Shown here: piece by piece, positions 13,450-26,489 of the stretch
Layout of the letters: every line of letters begins with the position of its first letter
Numbering within the stretch: the first letter of the stretch is position 1
Assembly: GCF_009834535.1 (NCBI RefSeq)
Contig: NC_045696.1
Coordinates: forward strand, 101,000,001-101,064,000
Length of the DNA stretch: 64,000 nucleotides
Reading direction: 5' to 3'
Source: Camelus ferus
Lineage: Eukaryota
Notes under the pieces: generated by a model
Database searches by the model: none
The model's input: the letters and a program-made list of their open reading frames with translations, nothing else
What the model was told of the DNA's origin: nothing
Translations under genes and position numbers: made by a program

Positions 13450-14365
13450 ATCTATTTCACTGATATCTTGTCTTGATTTGTTATTTCCTTTCTTCTACTA
13501 TTTTAATTTTTCTTCTTTCTCAAGGTTGTTGAAGTAGATGGTTAGATCAATGTTTTTTCAGACATTCTTCTTCATTAATGTATGTACTTTAGGGGACAGA
13601 TCTTCTTCTAAATACTGCTGAGGTGCACCCTTCAAGGATTGATGTATCATAGGTTAATGTTAACTAACTCAAAATGGTTCTTAATTTGCCTTGTGATGTT
13701 TTTTCTTTACCCATAAGCTACTTAGAATTGTATTCTTCAATTTCCCGCCAGTTAAGGCTTTTCTACTTGTCATTTTGTTATTGATTTCTACTTATTCCAC
13801 TCTAGTCAAAAATTCTTTGGATGCTTTAAGTGCAGTGGAAAGAGATGAGGTTTATTTTATGACTCACCATATGGGATAATTTTTTTATAAGTTTTGCATC
13901 ATTTATCTAAAAAATCTTGTATTTTATAATTGTTTAATAAAATGTTCTATAATTTCTAGTAGAGTCTTTATTACATTGTGTTTTTTATAAAGTCTGTCTA
14001 TTTCATTTAATTTTCTCCTGCCTTTCATTTATGGAGTAAAGTATATTAATGTTTCTCCCTATGATTGTGGATTTTTTTATTTCACTTTTCAGTTCAGTAA
14101 TTTTTTTACTTTATTTTGAATATATGGTATTCTATGCATATATATCTAAAACTGTGATATTATCCCAGCAGTTTGACCTTAGTTAACTGACATTAGAACA
14201 ACTATATTTATGTGTCCATATTAACTATTTTTGCCTTAAACTTTACTCTATTATTAGCATAGTTATATTAGATTGGTTTGTTTTATCAACCTTTTTTACA
14301 TTTTTAATACATTTTGTGTCTACTATACTCTTAAATTTTTTAATTGGGAAATTTAAATTTAATGA
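13450..14365 (-). mobile_element. Old L1 ORF2 5' (endonuclease-proximal) fragment
   Basis: T-rich antisense L1: ttgttattgatttcta...ttctccctatgattgtggattt...ttttgccttaaactttact. Confidence 0.75.
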
Positions 14366-14384
14366 AATCATAGGCATATGGTGA

Positions 14385-14710
14385 AATTGCACATTTTTGA
14401 ACCCAAGAATCAAAACATGGTCTATCTTGCTGACCAATGAAATGAGTGAACATTGTAGACAATGTTTTCAGACAGAAGCACTACATTTCCAGTTAAGATG
14501 TTATAGAACTCTCTTTCCCCTGGCACACCAATCATGGAAGATGGATCTGGAGCTTCCATAAGCTTTGATACTTAGAGGATGGTACAGAGAAGAACATTAA
14601 CCCCAACAACTCCAATGGACAGGCACCATGAGTAGGAAATGAATATTTGTTCTTTTAAATCTCTGAGATTTGGAATAGTTTGATCCTGGCCTACCTACCT
14701 TTAGTAATAC
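14385..14710 (+). mobile_element. MLT1K-like LTR
   Basis: gaccaatgaaatgagtgaa...catgagtaggaaatgaatatttgttcttttaaatctctgagatttgg...taatac. Confidence 0.65.
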
Positions 14711-14749
14711 GGGAAGCTTTAAGTTATGGATTAAATTAAAGAATTTTTT

Positions 14750-15405
14750 AATTTTCTATTTTATCTTATGTTAGTTTCATCATTTTACTTTTCTAGGATC
14801 TTTCCAGGATATCTCCATTTTATTTTTTCTTTAATTTAGCATAACTTATTTGCAACATACTATCACCATCTTTGTAATACTATCTGTAGTGATGACACTT
14901 TTGTATTCAAGATAATGTTTTTGTACCTCCTCTTTTTTTCTAATCAATCAGTTTTGCAAAGTATCTTGCAAGGTATTGTCTAGGTTAATTCTCTCTGTTG
15001 CTTGTGACATACGACATTAATTTTTGCTTTTATGGTTAATATTTACTTACATCTGTATTCTCTGGGTTTAGCTTTGACAACTTCTGTGATAATTTCTTGA
15101 AATAACTCATCGATTTTACAACCTTTTTGTTTTTTACAACCTTTTTGTTTTTCTAATGTATAACTTTATATTGATATATTTTTCTTTGAACATGATCTTA
15201 TCTGTGTCTTGGATAGAGATATGCTAATTATTCTTCAGTTTAATATGTTTTCTACTTTCAGTATAGATTTCCTTTCTGATGCATATTGTAGAAGTGCTTA
15301 TCTTAGTTTCTACATTTCTAAACATTAAGGTGTTTTTAACTCTGCTATTGTTTTCTTACTAGATTTCACTGTGGTCAGAGAACATACTATAAATGACTTC
15401 AGTCC
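14750..15405 (-). mobile_element. Old L1 ORF2 fragment
   Basis: ttaatttttgcttttat...tttcactgtggtcagagaacatact. Confidence 0.7.
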
Positions 15406-15429
15406 TCCACAACTTGGACTCCCCCATGA

Positions 15430-17945
15430 GAAATCACAGCTCAAAGTACACTCTCATGGGGTTCTATGCCTGAATTTGGGCCACTTGTGAGGTCTAAAAC
15501 ACTCTGAATGGAGACTTTGATTTAAACTGGTTCTGTGTTGCTAGTGCCCCTGCACGTCTGGCAGAAGCAGATGTGAATCCCATCTGGTCATAAAGTATTC
15601 CCAAAGAAAACATTTCAAGGAAAATGAGCAGACAACAGACAACCTAACAAATTGTTTGAGGAAAGTAGGTCCTGGGTTTAGAAAGAGCAATAGAAATAAG
15701 AAAAAGCAGGGACAGACTTTCTAAAATGTCATACATTATAGTTTTCAGACATAGAATATTAAATAGCTGTGTTGATGTAGTTACAGGAGTGAACAAAAAT
15801 TTTTTAAAAATAGAATTAAAGAGAACAGAAATAAATGGCAGATCTTTTAAAAAATTTAGGATAACCACGGCTGAACAAAATTTAATAAACTGTAATAAAG
15901 ACCTCAATAAGGTTATCTGTAATCCAGTTCAGAGAGATACATAAATAGAAAAATGAAAGGAGAGGACAGAATATGTGTAGGGTAGGGTGGGGAGTTCTAA
16001 AATATATCTGTTTATTATCTAGAGAGAGAAAATAGAATATAGAAGAGACAACATGTGAAGAGTTAATAAAAACAATCATCATCAAATTGAATTTGTGGGA
16101 AAAACAGACTCAAAACAAAATACCAGATAATACAAACAGGGGTTGATTAGAATTTCTCATATTGATCAGGGGTCAAATAAAGAATGTATGTTAGAATAGA
16201 TAGGGTTCTGCTAAAAGTGTAGACAGAATATATTATATTTAAACAAGATAGCAAAGAAAAACCAAATAATTAAACACAGAGAGAAGACAGGACTAACTCT
16301 CAGGAAGTGACTAACCACTCAGAAATGTAAAATTTAAAATGTCCCATAATGAAAGTTTCTAGAGTAGATAGCTTTACCACTGTACTCCAACAAATAGTCA
16401 AGCAAGTCTTCCCAAAAATACTTTTTTAAAAAAGAGAGAAAGAAAATTTCAAACTCTTTAGATGAGGCTTGCATAACCATGGTGCCAAAACTCAGATAAT
16501 CCCAATGACACAAGTGAGTATAAATCCAAAAATAATAAATCTATTATTAGTGAACCAAAAGTGAAACCCTTTATTAAGTGATACGTTGTGATTAACTTAA
16601 ATCTCAAATTGGGAAGTATGGATAATGTCAGAAACCTTAACAGCATAGTTTAATTTATTAATTATCTGAAGAGAAAAAATCACGAGTAACTCAATAGCTC
16701 AAAAAGTTTTAATAAAGATGAAAAACTTCTGATTATATTAATTAAAAAGAAACTCTCAGAAATATAAGAAGAGCAACTTTCTTAACTTAGTAATCATTAT
16801 GCCCAAATCCTAAAGTAAATCTCATAATTATTGGTAAAACTTTAGATACATGCCTTTTGAAATCAAATGAGGATGCCTACTATTATCCTACTATTTAATA
16901 TAGTCCTGACATAACTGGTAGATACATTCAAGAAATGAAAAAAAAAAAAGATGTAATCATTGTCATTGAAAAAATAAAGCTAGCATTATTTCAATATAAT
17001 ATAATTACAAATGTAGAAAAACAATAAATAAATTGTTTGAGCCTGTACAAGATTGTCAGCTACAACTATACCAGTGATAACTGTCTAAATAATGCAATAA
17101 AACATAAGATATTCACATACTAATGAAAGTTAGCAAAATGTTTAGACATGAACTAAAATCACATAAGTCCACTCTGGAATGAAAAAATAATCATTTTAAA
17201 GACATTAAAAGACAAAGTAACTTATTTAAATTAAAAGAATATTTTGTAGTCTTTGATAGGATATTTTACAATGATAAAGATGTAAATTATCCTCAAATTA
17301 GCCAAGAAAGTGCTTATTTTATGAGTCCATTCACACATCTTAGAATGGCTAAAATAAAGAAAAAAAAAAAACTAACAATACCAAATATTGCTGATGATAC
17401 AGAACAAATGAAATTCTCATAAACTCTTAAAAAGTTATATTTTATCCTATAGCCCAGAAATGTTATCCCCATGTATTTAATCAAGAAAATACTTCAACAA
17501 GAATAGTTTTAATATTTGTTTTTCTTAATATCCCTAAACTGAAACAACCCAAATATATGGAAGAGGAAACTGAATAAACAAATTTTTGTGTATTTATGTA
17601 ATAAAATACTGCTTTGCTTCAGGAAGGAGCACACTGATGATAAGCGTAATGACTTGAATGAATCTTAAGAGCTCTACGTGGACAAAAAGAGCATAGCTCT
17701 TTATATGAAATATTGGGACATGCAAAAGTAATTAATGTTAGAAATCAGAACAGCAGTTGTCTCTCCAGGAGGCACTGGCTGGCTTATAAGGACTGACTGA
17801 GAAAGGACACAAATACATTTTTGGTATTGATGGAAATACTGTATATTTTCATAGGGGAATGTTTAAAGGGTATACGCATTTGTCAAAACCCACTGAACAG
17901 TGCACTTCCATTGCACTTTATTTAAATTATTCCTTAATTCAAAAA
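15430..17945 (+). mobile_element. Old L1ME/HAL1-like element: 5' region, ORF1/ORF2 remnants and 3'UTR with internal deletions
   Basis: tctggcagaagcagatgtgaatcc (5' region), A-rich ORF remnants, gatgaggcttgcataacc...ccaaaac, aggatgcctactatt, 3' gcatttgtcaaaacccactgaacagtgcactt. Confidence 0.75.
16981..17244 (+). repeat. Donor copy of 264-bp local duplication
   Basis: Matches 18699-18962 with 6 substitutions and no indels (direct comparison). Confidence 0.97.
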
Positions 17946-18194
17946 TACATGCATTTAAACACAACAAGAACATAAACAAATAGAGATATACATTAAACTC
18001 TGTAGGATGGTTTGCTACTGACATTCAGTGGAAAGGAAACAAAGAATAGAAAGAAAGTAAGTGGAGGGAAGAAAAGAGTAAAAAAAGAGAAGGTACAGGT
18101 TAGTAACAATGATAATAATATGTTACTTAATGACTGTGTTTCTGAAACCTAAAATACCTGATGTCCCCAAAAGAAAATTAAAAAGAAAAATATG

Positions 18195-18682
18195 GTTTTT
18201 GGAAATCGATATTTCATGGATGTTTTCACATATCTGCAAGGCCAGGGCTTTCTGATCAAACTTACTGGCAACTGTATTAGAAGATGATTGAGTGATAACC
18301 ATGACTTAGAAGCTAGAGATGGTGAATTTCTCAGGAGAGATTTGCAGATTAACTATCTCTAGAGCCATTTTATTTACACTGAAAAGGGGAATGGACATAG
18401 AAAACACATATTTTGTTGTTCTTGTTTTCACTAGAAGGACAAAATCTCTCTGTTTCTCCTAAAAAAATGGAGGGGCAGCTATACTAGTTGCTCAATATAA
18501 ACTTTGGGATTCATAGTTTTGGGGCTCCTCTCTGTAGGACAGACCTTTCTGGACCCATAGTGTGACATCTGCCCTCATCATTTTGACCCTAGAAATAGAA
18601 CATGGGATACTAATGCCAAGATATTCTGAATGTAAATAACTGGTTTATCTCTGATCCAGAAACCTCATGTTTATTGTCCAGA
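18195..18682 (+). mobile_element. ERVL LTR (MER21/68/76/77 group), 3'-truncated
   Basis: ttttcacatatctgca...ttagaagctagagatggtgaatt...tctctgatccagaaacctcatgt; visibly homologous to 51975-52520. Confidence 0.7.
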
Positions 18683-18698
18683 ATTATTTTTATATATA

Positions 18699-18962
18699 TA
18701 GCATTATTTCAATATAATATAATTACAAATGTAGAAAAACAATAAATAAATTGTTTGAGCCTGTACAAGATTGTCAGCTACAACTATACCAGTGATAACT
18801 GTCTAAATAATGTAATAAAACATAAGATATTCACAAACTAATGAAAGTTAGCGAAGTGTTTAGACATGAAGTAAAATCACATAAGTCCACTCTGGAATGA
18901 AAAAATAATCATTTTAAAGACATTAAAAGACAAAGTAACTTATCTAAATTAAAAGAATATTT
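18699..18962 (+). repeat. Derived copy of 264-bp local duplication
   Basis: 97.7% identical to 16981-17244, offset 1718 bp. Confidence 0.97.
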
Positions 18963-19231
18963 AGTGATAAATATATAAAATATGTAAAATATTTAAAATA
19001 TTTATCACACACACATATATACATAAAATGTTTATCACTTTTTAATAAAAATTTTAAAAGCACTTATGCCTTCAGTGACTTTATTGTAAGGTAGACCATT
19101 TGCCAGATATTGTAAATGAACACAGTATGGTGCCCAGAAAATCATTTTTAGCATTAGAAACATTAAAAAAGCAAATCACGTAAGTATTCAGGAAAAAAGA
19201 GCAGAATGACACTAAAAAGTAGATGAATTTT

Positions 19232-19385
19232 CTTCCTAAACAAAATGTGGTTGTGAACCAGCAGCAGCTGCATCACCTGGGAGCTTGTTAAAAATGCAGA
19301 GTCACAGGCTACACTCTGGAATCTGAATCCAAATTAACAGTATATCCATGTTATTTGTATGTGCACTAAAATCTAAGAGGCACAG
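19232..19385 (+). mobile_element. MER5A/B hAT-Charlie MITE
   Basis: ccagcagcagctgcatcacctgggagcttgttaaaaatgcaga. Confidence 0.8.
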
Positions 19386-20273
19386 GATTAGAGAACAAAC
19401 TAGACCCAAGTAAGAAAGATTAAAATAAAAAATAGAAACAACCAAAAAACTAAGTTGGAGGAAAAACAGATCCTGTGGGTATTTTACTGAAATAAGAGAT
19501 CTCAGAAAGCAAACTAGAATGCCTACTTTAACACAGATTCAGATCAAGGATTTTAATAAAAGGTGCCCTCTGAAAGCTGGAAATATAAAGAGCTGATAAT
19601 AAGATTAATATGGAATCCTTCTTTTGATGAATATAACTATATGGTACCTGTATGTATCAGAGACTTCAACTAGAAAGATCTGATAAAATACATCAGGAAT
19701 TCATAATTTTTAAGTAGACTCAATAATTGTAGGTGAAAAAGTGGTGTTGATCGTTTCTTTGAGAAAGCAGGTGTATAAAGTTTTATGTTATTTGTAATTA
19801 AGAAAAAAGTACTTGATATATGAGATACACTAATGATGTACCAGGCAGGATTATAATTAACTGATTTCAGAGCTGCTTGGTTACTGGATTGATGTCTGGA
19901 AAATATGCTCTCGATAGAGGTAAAAGTGGGTAATGCTTGTTCAAAAATATATTTTTTGAAGAGCCATAATTTAGTGCTTATCTCTCATTGTGCTGTACCC
20001 CACAAAACAAAATGTAGAAGGCGATATATTAAGAAACTAAATGCTTGATGAAGAATAAGAGCATTCAGAAATTGAGGTTTTATGGCTAAGATTTTCAATA
20101 ATAAAATATTCTATAGTAAAAACAGAAGCATAGAAGATATCATCATCATTATCATTAACCTCAGGATGTACATTTACCAAGATTATCCCTGGTGTACACT
20201 TGTCTACCTTCCATGAAGTAATGTAACACACCAAGGCTATGCACTCTTTGAACCCATCTCCTTATCCCCACCT

Positions 20274-20730
20274 TTTTTAGTTTCCTGTGGCTGCTGTAAC
20301 AAATGACCACAAACTCAGTGGCTTGAAACAACAGAAACGTATTATTTCACAGATTCAACATCCAGAATCCCGAAATCAAGGTGTCAGCAGGGCTGCATTC
20401 CCTCTGGGGGCTCTAGGGGGAGGACCCTTCCTCACCTCTTCCAGCTTCTGGTGGCTGTTGGCATTCTTTGGCTTCCTTGGCTTGCAGTCCCATCACTCCA
20501 CTCTCTGTCTCTGTCTTTGCTCTGCCTTCTCTATGGGCCTTTTCCTTTTCTGTCTTGTGTAAGGACACTTGTCACTGGATTTAAGGCACACCTGGATAAT
20601 CCAGGATGATCTCATCTTAAGAACTTCACTTAATTACATTTGCAAAGTTTTTTTTTTTAAGGTAACATTCATAGGTTCTGGGGAGTAGGACCTGGACACT
20701 TTTTGAGGGGACCTTGACTCAACCCATTAA
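20274..20730 (-). mobile_element. MLT1B/C solo LTR
   Basis: ttagtttcctgtggctgctgtaacaaatgaccacaaactcagtggcttgaaacaacaga...ataatccaggatgatctcatc...taattacatttgcaaag. Confidence 0.92.
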
Positions 20731-23700
20731 ATCTCCCTTGTTCCATGAGTTGCACTCTCTATAAGAATGGAGACATGCTGGGAACTGGAAAGTTAGGAAC
20801 TATCTTAAACTAGAAAGTGCCTTCCTTTTATCTATTGACTCAACATCAGTAGATATACAATGAAGGATGAACCAATATACCACCCCCAAATATTGTCACA
20901 TAATGTACCACTCTCACTTCCAATTAATTTGTATCTTTCTACGCATCCTCCTATCCATTGGCTTACTATTCTTCCAGACTGGCAGGGCTTCTCTGATTCA
21001 TGAGACAGTGTCAGTTCAGTATGATTTTAAAACAATTAACTGTCAATTATTCATCACAAAAATTATTCCCAGATTCATAAAAACACATTGTCAATCACTC
21101 TGAGTATTGCACTGTAAGTTTTTATCTTTGATATTTTTTTCACCAGTACTTTCGTGGGAAATTAGGAGAAGCCACACTGAGGAGCTACCAGATAGAAGCT
21201 ACTTTGAATGAGATAGCTGAATCAAACTTTCATGATTAGGGGAAGGGGTGAGGTTTATTTATTATTCATGCTTTCTTCTATATTGTTAGTAATTTTAGAT
21301 AATGAATGCATTATTGATGAATTCAGAAAAATTATTAAAAATATAAAGAAACCAGAAAAATTTAAGCAACTCATCAAGGTCCATTTTTCTGTTTTTTTAA
21401 ATGTTTAAATGTAAAATTTGAATTGTCCTAGATTTTTTTTCCTATAGCAGGTTGTAAATATTCAGCGGTGTTCTTATTTCATTGAACAGTTTTCCTGGAA
21501 ACCACAAATTATATCTATATATAAATGCATCAACAATGAAACAGTTCAATCCAATTATCATTAAGCATTTGTCTACCTTCCAGTACAGACTGTAATTTCT
21601 TTGCCACGAAGTACAATGCTTAGCAAAGTAAAACAGAACATATTTTTCTTTTCTGATTTGAAAATATACATGGCTAATGTCTCTGGGTTTTGAATACATT
21701 CATCTTTTTCTAATGCTTTCTGTAGGTCATAAAATTGATTAAGATATATCATACTATCAAAAGAAAGCAGGCATACAGTCATTCAGAATTCAATGCTGCC
21801 CATCTTTAATGCTTTGATACCATTTTATATCTACATCTTTATTAACATTTTAGACATATTATATTGAAAATGCAACAGCATATCCTAATACATCAAGTTT
21901 ATGAACAGCCTAACTCTATCAAAATGTTTCTATGGTTGATGGAACTAGCTATTCATTCTGTATTTTCAAACTGCCTAAGAATGGACTATTAAGTAAATAA
22001 TATAGTTTTCTAAAATTATTTTTTGTGCGCTTTTAGAGCATAATACGAAATCGTTCTTTGAGACTTTGCTCATTATAGTGCTCATGGCTGCCATGGGAGT
22101 GTTTCTGATAGTTATTGAGCCACCATAAAAATACAAAAAGAATTTGACTCAAACTACATACAAAAAAAAAAAATCAAACTACCTGATTTATTTCCATAGA
22201 AGGAAAGAGAAAAGGTAGTTCAGGTTATAGTGTCTCATGACATTGGGTGATTCATACCAACAAACTCTCAATACAGTAAGTCAATAAGGGAAGAAAATGA
22301 TATTTCCAGAAAATGCATGGTTTCAGAGATGCTAAAGGCAGCTCCAGGCACATGAGGAGATTCCTGAGGAAGTGCAGAGGGTATCATAAATTTGATCCTT
22401 ATTGTTCCCCATAGCACATATCACCATGGTTTGACATTCCCAGTTCTGCTGCCTCATCATGACTGTGTGGGAAGCCAAATCTCTCTGATCATCAATGGGT
22501 CCCTGGGAGCAAGTTAGGTACTTGGAGTTTTCAATATTATGCAATTCGAGAAATGAAACTCTAGGGTCATGCAAGAGCCAATGCATCTCAGGTAGTCTCT
22601 AACTTACTCCCCAGTCTTTGGTGTTCTGGAAAAGTCTAGCTTAATATTAATCAAATACCACAGACCATCTTAACTTTTGCCATGTGTCATAAAGACTTCA
22701 CTAAAGGATGCTAATACTGCCTTTGCTATCATCAAACTTTAAGTCTGACTTTATGAATACATACTTTTCTATTTCAGTTCCTCAGCCCCTCTTCTGCTTC
22801 CCCCTCATTGTGTCACCTCTCTGTACTTCCAAGTTGTCCATATCACTGTGCAAAGTTGATCAGGCTCTGTCCTGCACAAGATCTCACCACGGAGGGGCCT
22901 CTGAGAGCTAAAACAATCTGAGAAGCTTAGTACGAGATTACATCAGCCTGGAATCTATGCATATGTTATGCCAAAAACATATCTAAAAAATTTCTGTCAA
23001 TATAAGTGTATTATTTTAAAGTTTGTGTCCATGTTAGGAAAACATACCCATAGTGTTAATCTTCACTTGGAGTATGGTCTCGTGTCACTCAATGGTATCA
23101 ACTGATTTTAATAAACAAATAAAATTTGTATATAAAATACGAGTTTTGACATATGGTAAGTTCTGACAGAAATATGAAGAAAGTAATGAAACATTTTCCT
23201 CCCCTAAAGATGGAGAATGTATTTTAGAAATAATCTTGTCCTATTTCACTGGTATGGGCTTAAAAGTCATTAAGCTTCCTATTTGATAGTGAATTTCATT
23301 ACTATATTTTAAAGAGAAGGCACACACATGCTACATCACCGCTTCCACCCTAGCAGAGAAACTGTTGGGAGGGGGCCACCCTAAAATCTCAGTGGCTTAA
23401 CAACCACAGTTTGATGTCAGGGGCAGTAGCCTCTGCTGCATGGTCATCTGGGGCCCTTGATCCTTCTTTCTTGGCTTTTATCTTCATTTAGCTCTTTGTA
23501 GTCCTTTGCCTTTTCTCATGGTGACACAAGCTAAAAGTTTTGCTAATGTCCTTGACACTTCTCTTGTTTTCGTTTCCCTCATTATCCGATGTTGTCTTCT
23601 TAAGAGGATCATTAAAAAGAAAAACTGCATGTTTTGACCCTCCCAAGCCTTCTTACCTCCCACAGCAGTTCATTTCATCGCAACTGTGAAATTTTAACCT

Positions 23701-23879
23701 CACACATGAAACTATACTTCACATAACATGCTGTTCTAAAAATGTTAGTGCAATGACCTTACAAATCTCATTCATCTAATTTTGATTTGTTTATTTTGGG
23801 GTTTACATCATTTCCAGTGTTTTATAAACAGACTCTTTCCTAGGTTCTGCCTTTCTACAAAATCAAAAACGTTTTTAAC

Positions 23880-24690
23880 TTAAGTTTGAATTTAATTTTG
23901 AATAGGTTATTCATTCAAATAGTCATGAACAAAAAAATGCATAAAGAGTACACAGTCAAAAAGTGTCCTCTCATCTCTGTCCCTCATTTACCCATTTCTA
24001 ACTCCAACCATTTGCTGGAGACATAAGAATCACTATTTTCTTATCTGCGGTTCCTTTTTCTTCAAGCATAGGCAAACAAATATAAGTATAAATACGTATT
24101 ACCCCCAATTTATACAATATTTAGTGTATTACATACACTGTACTGCGTTATCTTTAGCAACCACTTATCTCAGAAATCTTTTCATATCCGTACAGACAGC
24201 TGCCTTGTTCTTTGACAGCTGTGAAGTATTCCATTGAAGGACACACCTCAGTTTGTTTAAGCTTTTCCCAATTGCTGGGCATTTAGGATGCTTCCAATCT
24301 TTTGCTATTATATACAATTGTGTTATATCTTTCCTCAGGCATGCAATTTTACTTGCAGGATAAATATCTGGGTCTACGGGTATACACATCTTTACTGTGC
24401 TACACTATACTAAGTGTCTCTGTGGAAGGGTTGTACCAATTTAATCTTCCTCCAGTAACATAAAAGTCCTTGTTTCCTAACAACCTCATGAACAGAGGGC
24501 ATGATTAAACTTTTGGATTTGGTAGTCATTAAGGTGGAAAATAGTGTCTCAGTGTACTTCCCTGATTACAAACGTAGTGGTTCATTTTCTCATATGTGCT
24601 AAAGCCATTTATATTTTCTTTTCTGAGAACTCTGCATACATATCCTTTGTCCATTTTTTCTATCATGTTACTGATATTTTCCTTAGGACT
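23880..24690 (-). mobile_element. L1ME-like 3' region, left half (interrupted by MLT1A)
   Basis: gggcatttaggatgcttccaatcttttgctatta...ggttgtaccaatttaatcttcctccag. Confidence 0.85.
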
Positions 24691-25078
24691 TGTCATGGAC
24701 TAAATATTTGTGCCCCTCTGAAATTTGTTCGTTAAATCCCTAAGCCCCAATGTTATTGTATTTTGAGACTGGCTTTTGGAAGTTAGAGTTAGATGAGGTC
24801 CTGAGGGTGTGGCCTTCATGACGGAATCAGTGCCCTCATAAGAGAGATATGAGAGAGCTTGCTCTCCCTCACGTGTGTGCACCCAGAGGAGGCCACGTGA
24901 GCACACAGGGAAAGTGGCCGTCTGCAAGCCAGGAGGAGAACTTTCACCAGAAATTGAACCCTGCCATATCTTGATCTTGAACACCCCGGCTTCCAGAATT
25001 GTGAAAAAATGAAATTTCTGTTGCTTAAGCCACATAGTCTATGATGTTTTGTCATAACAGCCTGAGGTGAAAAATGCA
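24691..25078 (+). mobile_element. MLT1A 5' LTR
   Basis: TG...CA bounded; gccgtctgcaagccaggaggaga...cttccagaattgtga...aaatttctgttgcttaagccac. Confidence 0.92.
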
Positions 25079-26447
25079 GATTTCGATCCTGAGAAGTGGG
25101 GGTACTGCTGTAATAAATACCTAAGAATTTGTAAACAGTGTTAGGAAAAGGTCAAAGAGTTTTGAGGTGCATGCTAGAAATATGAATGTTAAAGGCGATC
25201 CTGGTGAGGATTCAGAAGGAAAAGAGGAGAGCTGGAGAGATAAAAGCTACCATTTTCTTAGAGGGTACATAAACAATCATAAGTAGAATATTGGTAGAAA
25301 TACAAATGTTAAATGCCATTCTGGTTTGGTCTCAGACAGAAATAAGGAACGTATCATTGCAAAATAGAAGCAAGGCAATCCCCGTCATAAAGTGGCAGAG
25401 AACTTGGCTGAACTATGTTTATGTTCCAGCGTTTTGTGGAAGGTAGAACCTGTGAACGATGAAATTGGATATTTAGCTGAGGAGATTTCTAAGGAAAGTA
25501 TTGAGAGAGTCGCTTGGTTCCTTCTGACTGTTTATGATAAAATTTGAGAAGAGAGAAATAAATTGAAGAAGGAATTGTTAAGCAAAATGGAACCAGAACT
25601 TAAAAGATTTTGAAGATTCTGAGCTTGTTCATATTACAAAAAAAAAAAAAAAAAAAAAAGCATGTTTGTAAGAGAGCCCCAGGTGTGGGGCTGGGTTGGG
25701 CTATAACTCAATGAAGAGGTTATGAATTTATACAATCAGAAACACTGCCAGTTTGAAGTGAAGGAGACAGAGATGAGACAAAACGAAGGAAGGCTGCTGG
25801 ACTTCATAGATCCTACAGGATCTGATCATAAAACTATTAAATCATAAACATGCACTATTTTAAAGACAAGGGAAGAATGAACCCAAAGGTGACTCAGAGA
25901 TCATCAGGGCTGCATCCTAGGTTTCAAAGGTTGAGTGGGCTTTGCCTCTGTTTCAGCATGCCTGAAGACGGCTGCCTAGAGCCTTAGCGGCCAGGCCCCC
26001 TCCTGGCAAAAAGGCAGAGGCAGGACCACTGCCCCGCTGCGTCCTGAAGGCAGAGCATAAAACAGAAGAGGATTATTCTTGAGCCTCAGGATCTAATGCA
26101 ATTTGCCTTGCTGTTTTGGGCTTGCTTGGGATCCATCAATCCCTCCTGCTTTCCCATCTCTCCCTTTTGGGATGAGAATGTCCATCACGTGCCTGTCTCA
26201 CCATTGTATTTTGGCAGCACATGACCCGTCTTCTTTCACAGGTTTGCAGCTGGGGAGGAATTTTGCCTCCGGAAGATCGTACCCCAAGTCGCACCGAGAC
26301 CTGACTTAGATGATATTTAGATGAGACTTTGAACTTTAGACCGTAGAATTGATGCTATAATGAGTTGAGACACTGGGGGCTGTTGGGATGAAATGAATGT
26401 ATTTCGCACATAAGAAGCAGATGAATTCAGGGTAGCCAAGAAAAGCA
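25079..26447 (+). mobile_element. MLT1A internal region (MaLR-int)
   Basis: Directly follows the LTR; gagaagtgggggtactgctgtaataaatacctaa...aaagtggcagagaacttggctgaact...ggatatttagctgaggagatttctaag...gtctcaccattgtattttgg...gggatgaaatgaatgtattt. Confidence 0.88.
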
Positions 26448-26489
26448 TGTTAGTCAGGGGAAGCCCACGCTAACTAATGCACCACCCTC

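Noticed and set aside
20287..25055. ORFs at 20287, 24700 and 24816
   Set aside because: They fall within MLT1 LTRs and are typical spurious repeat-derived ORFs.
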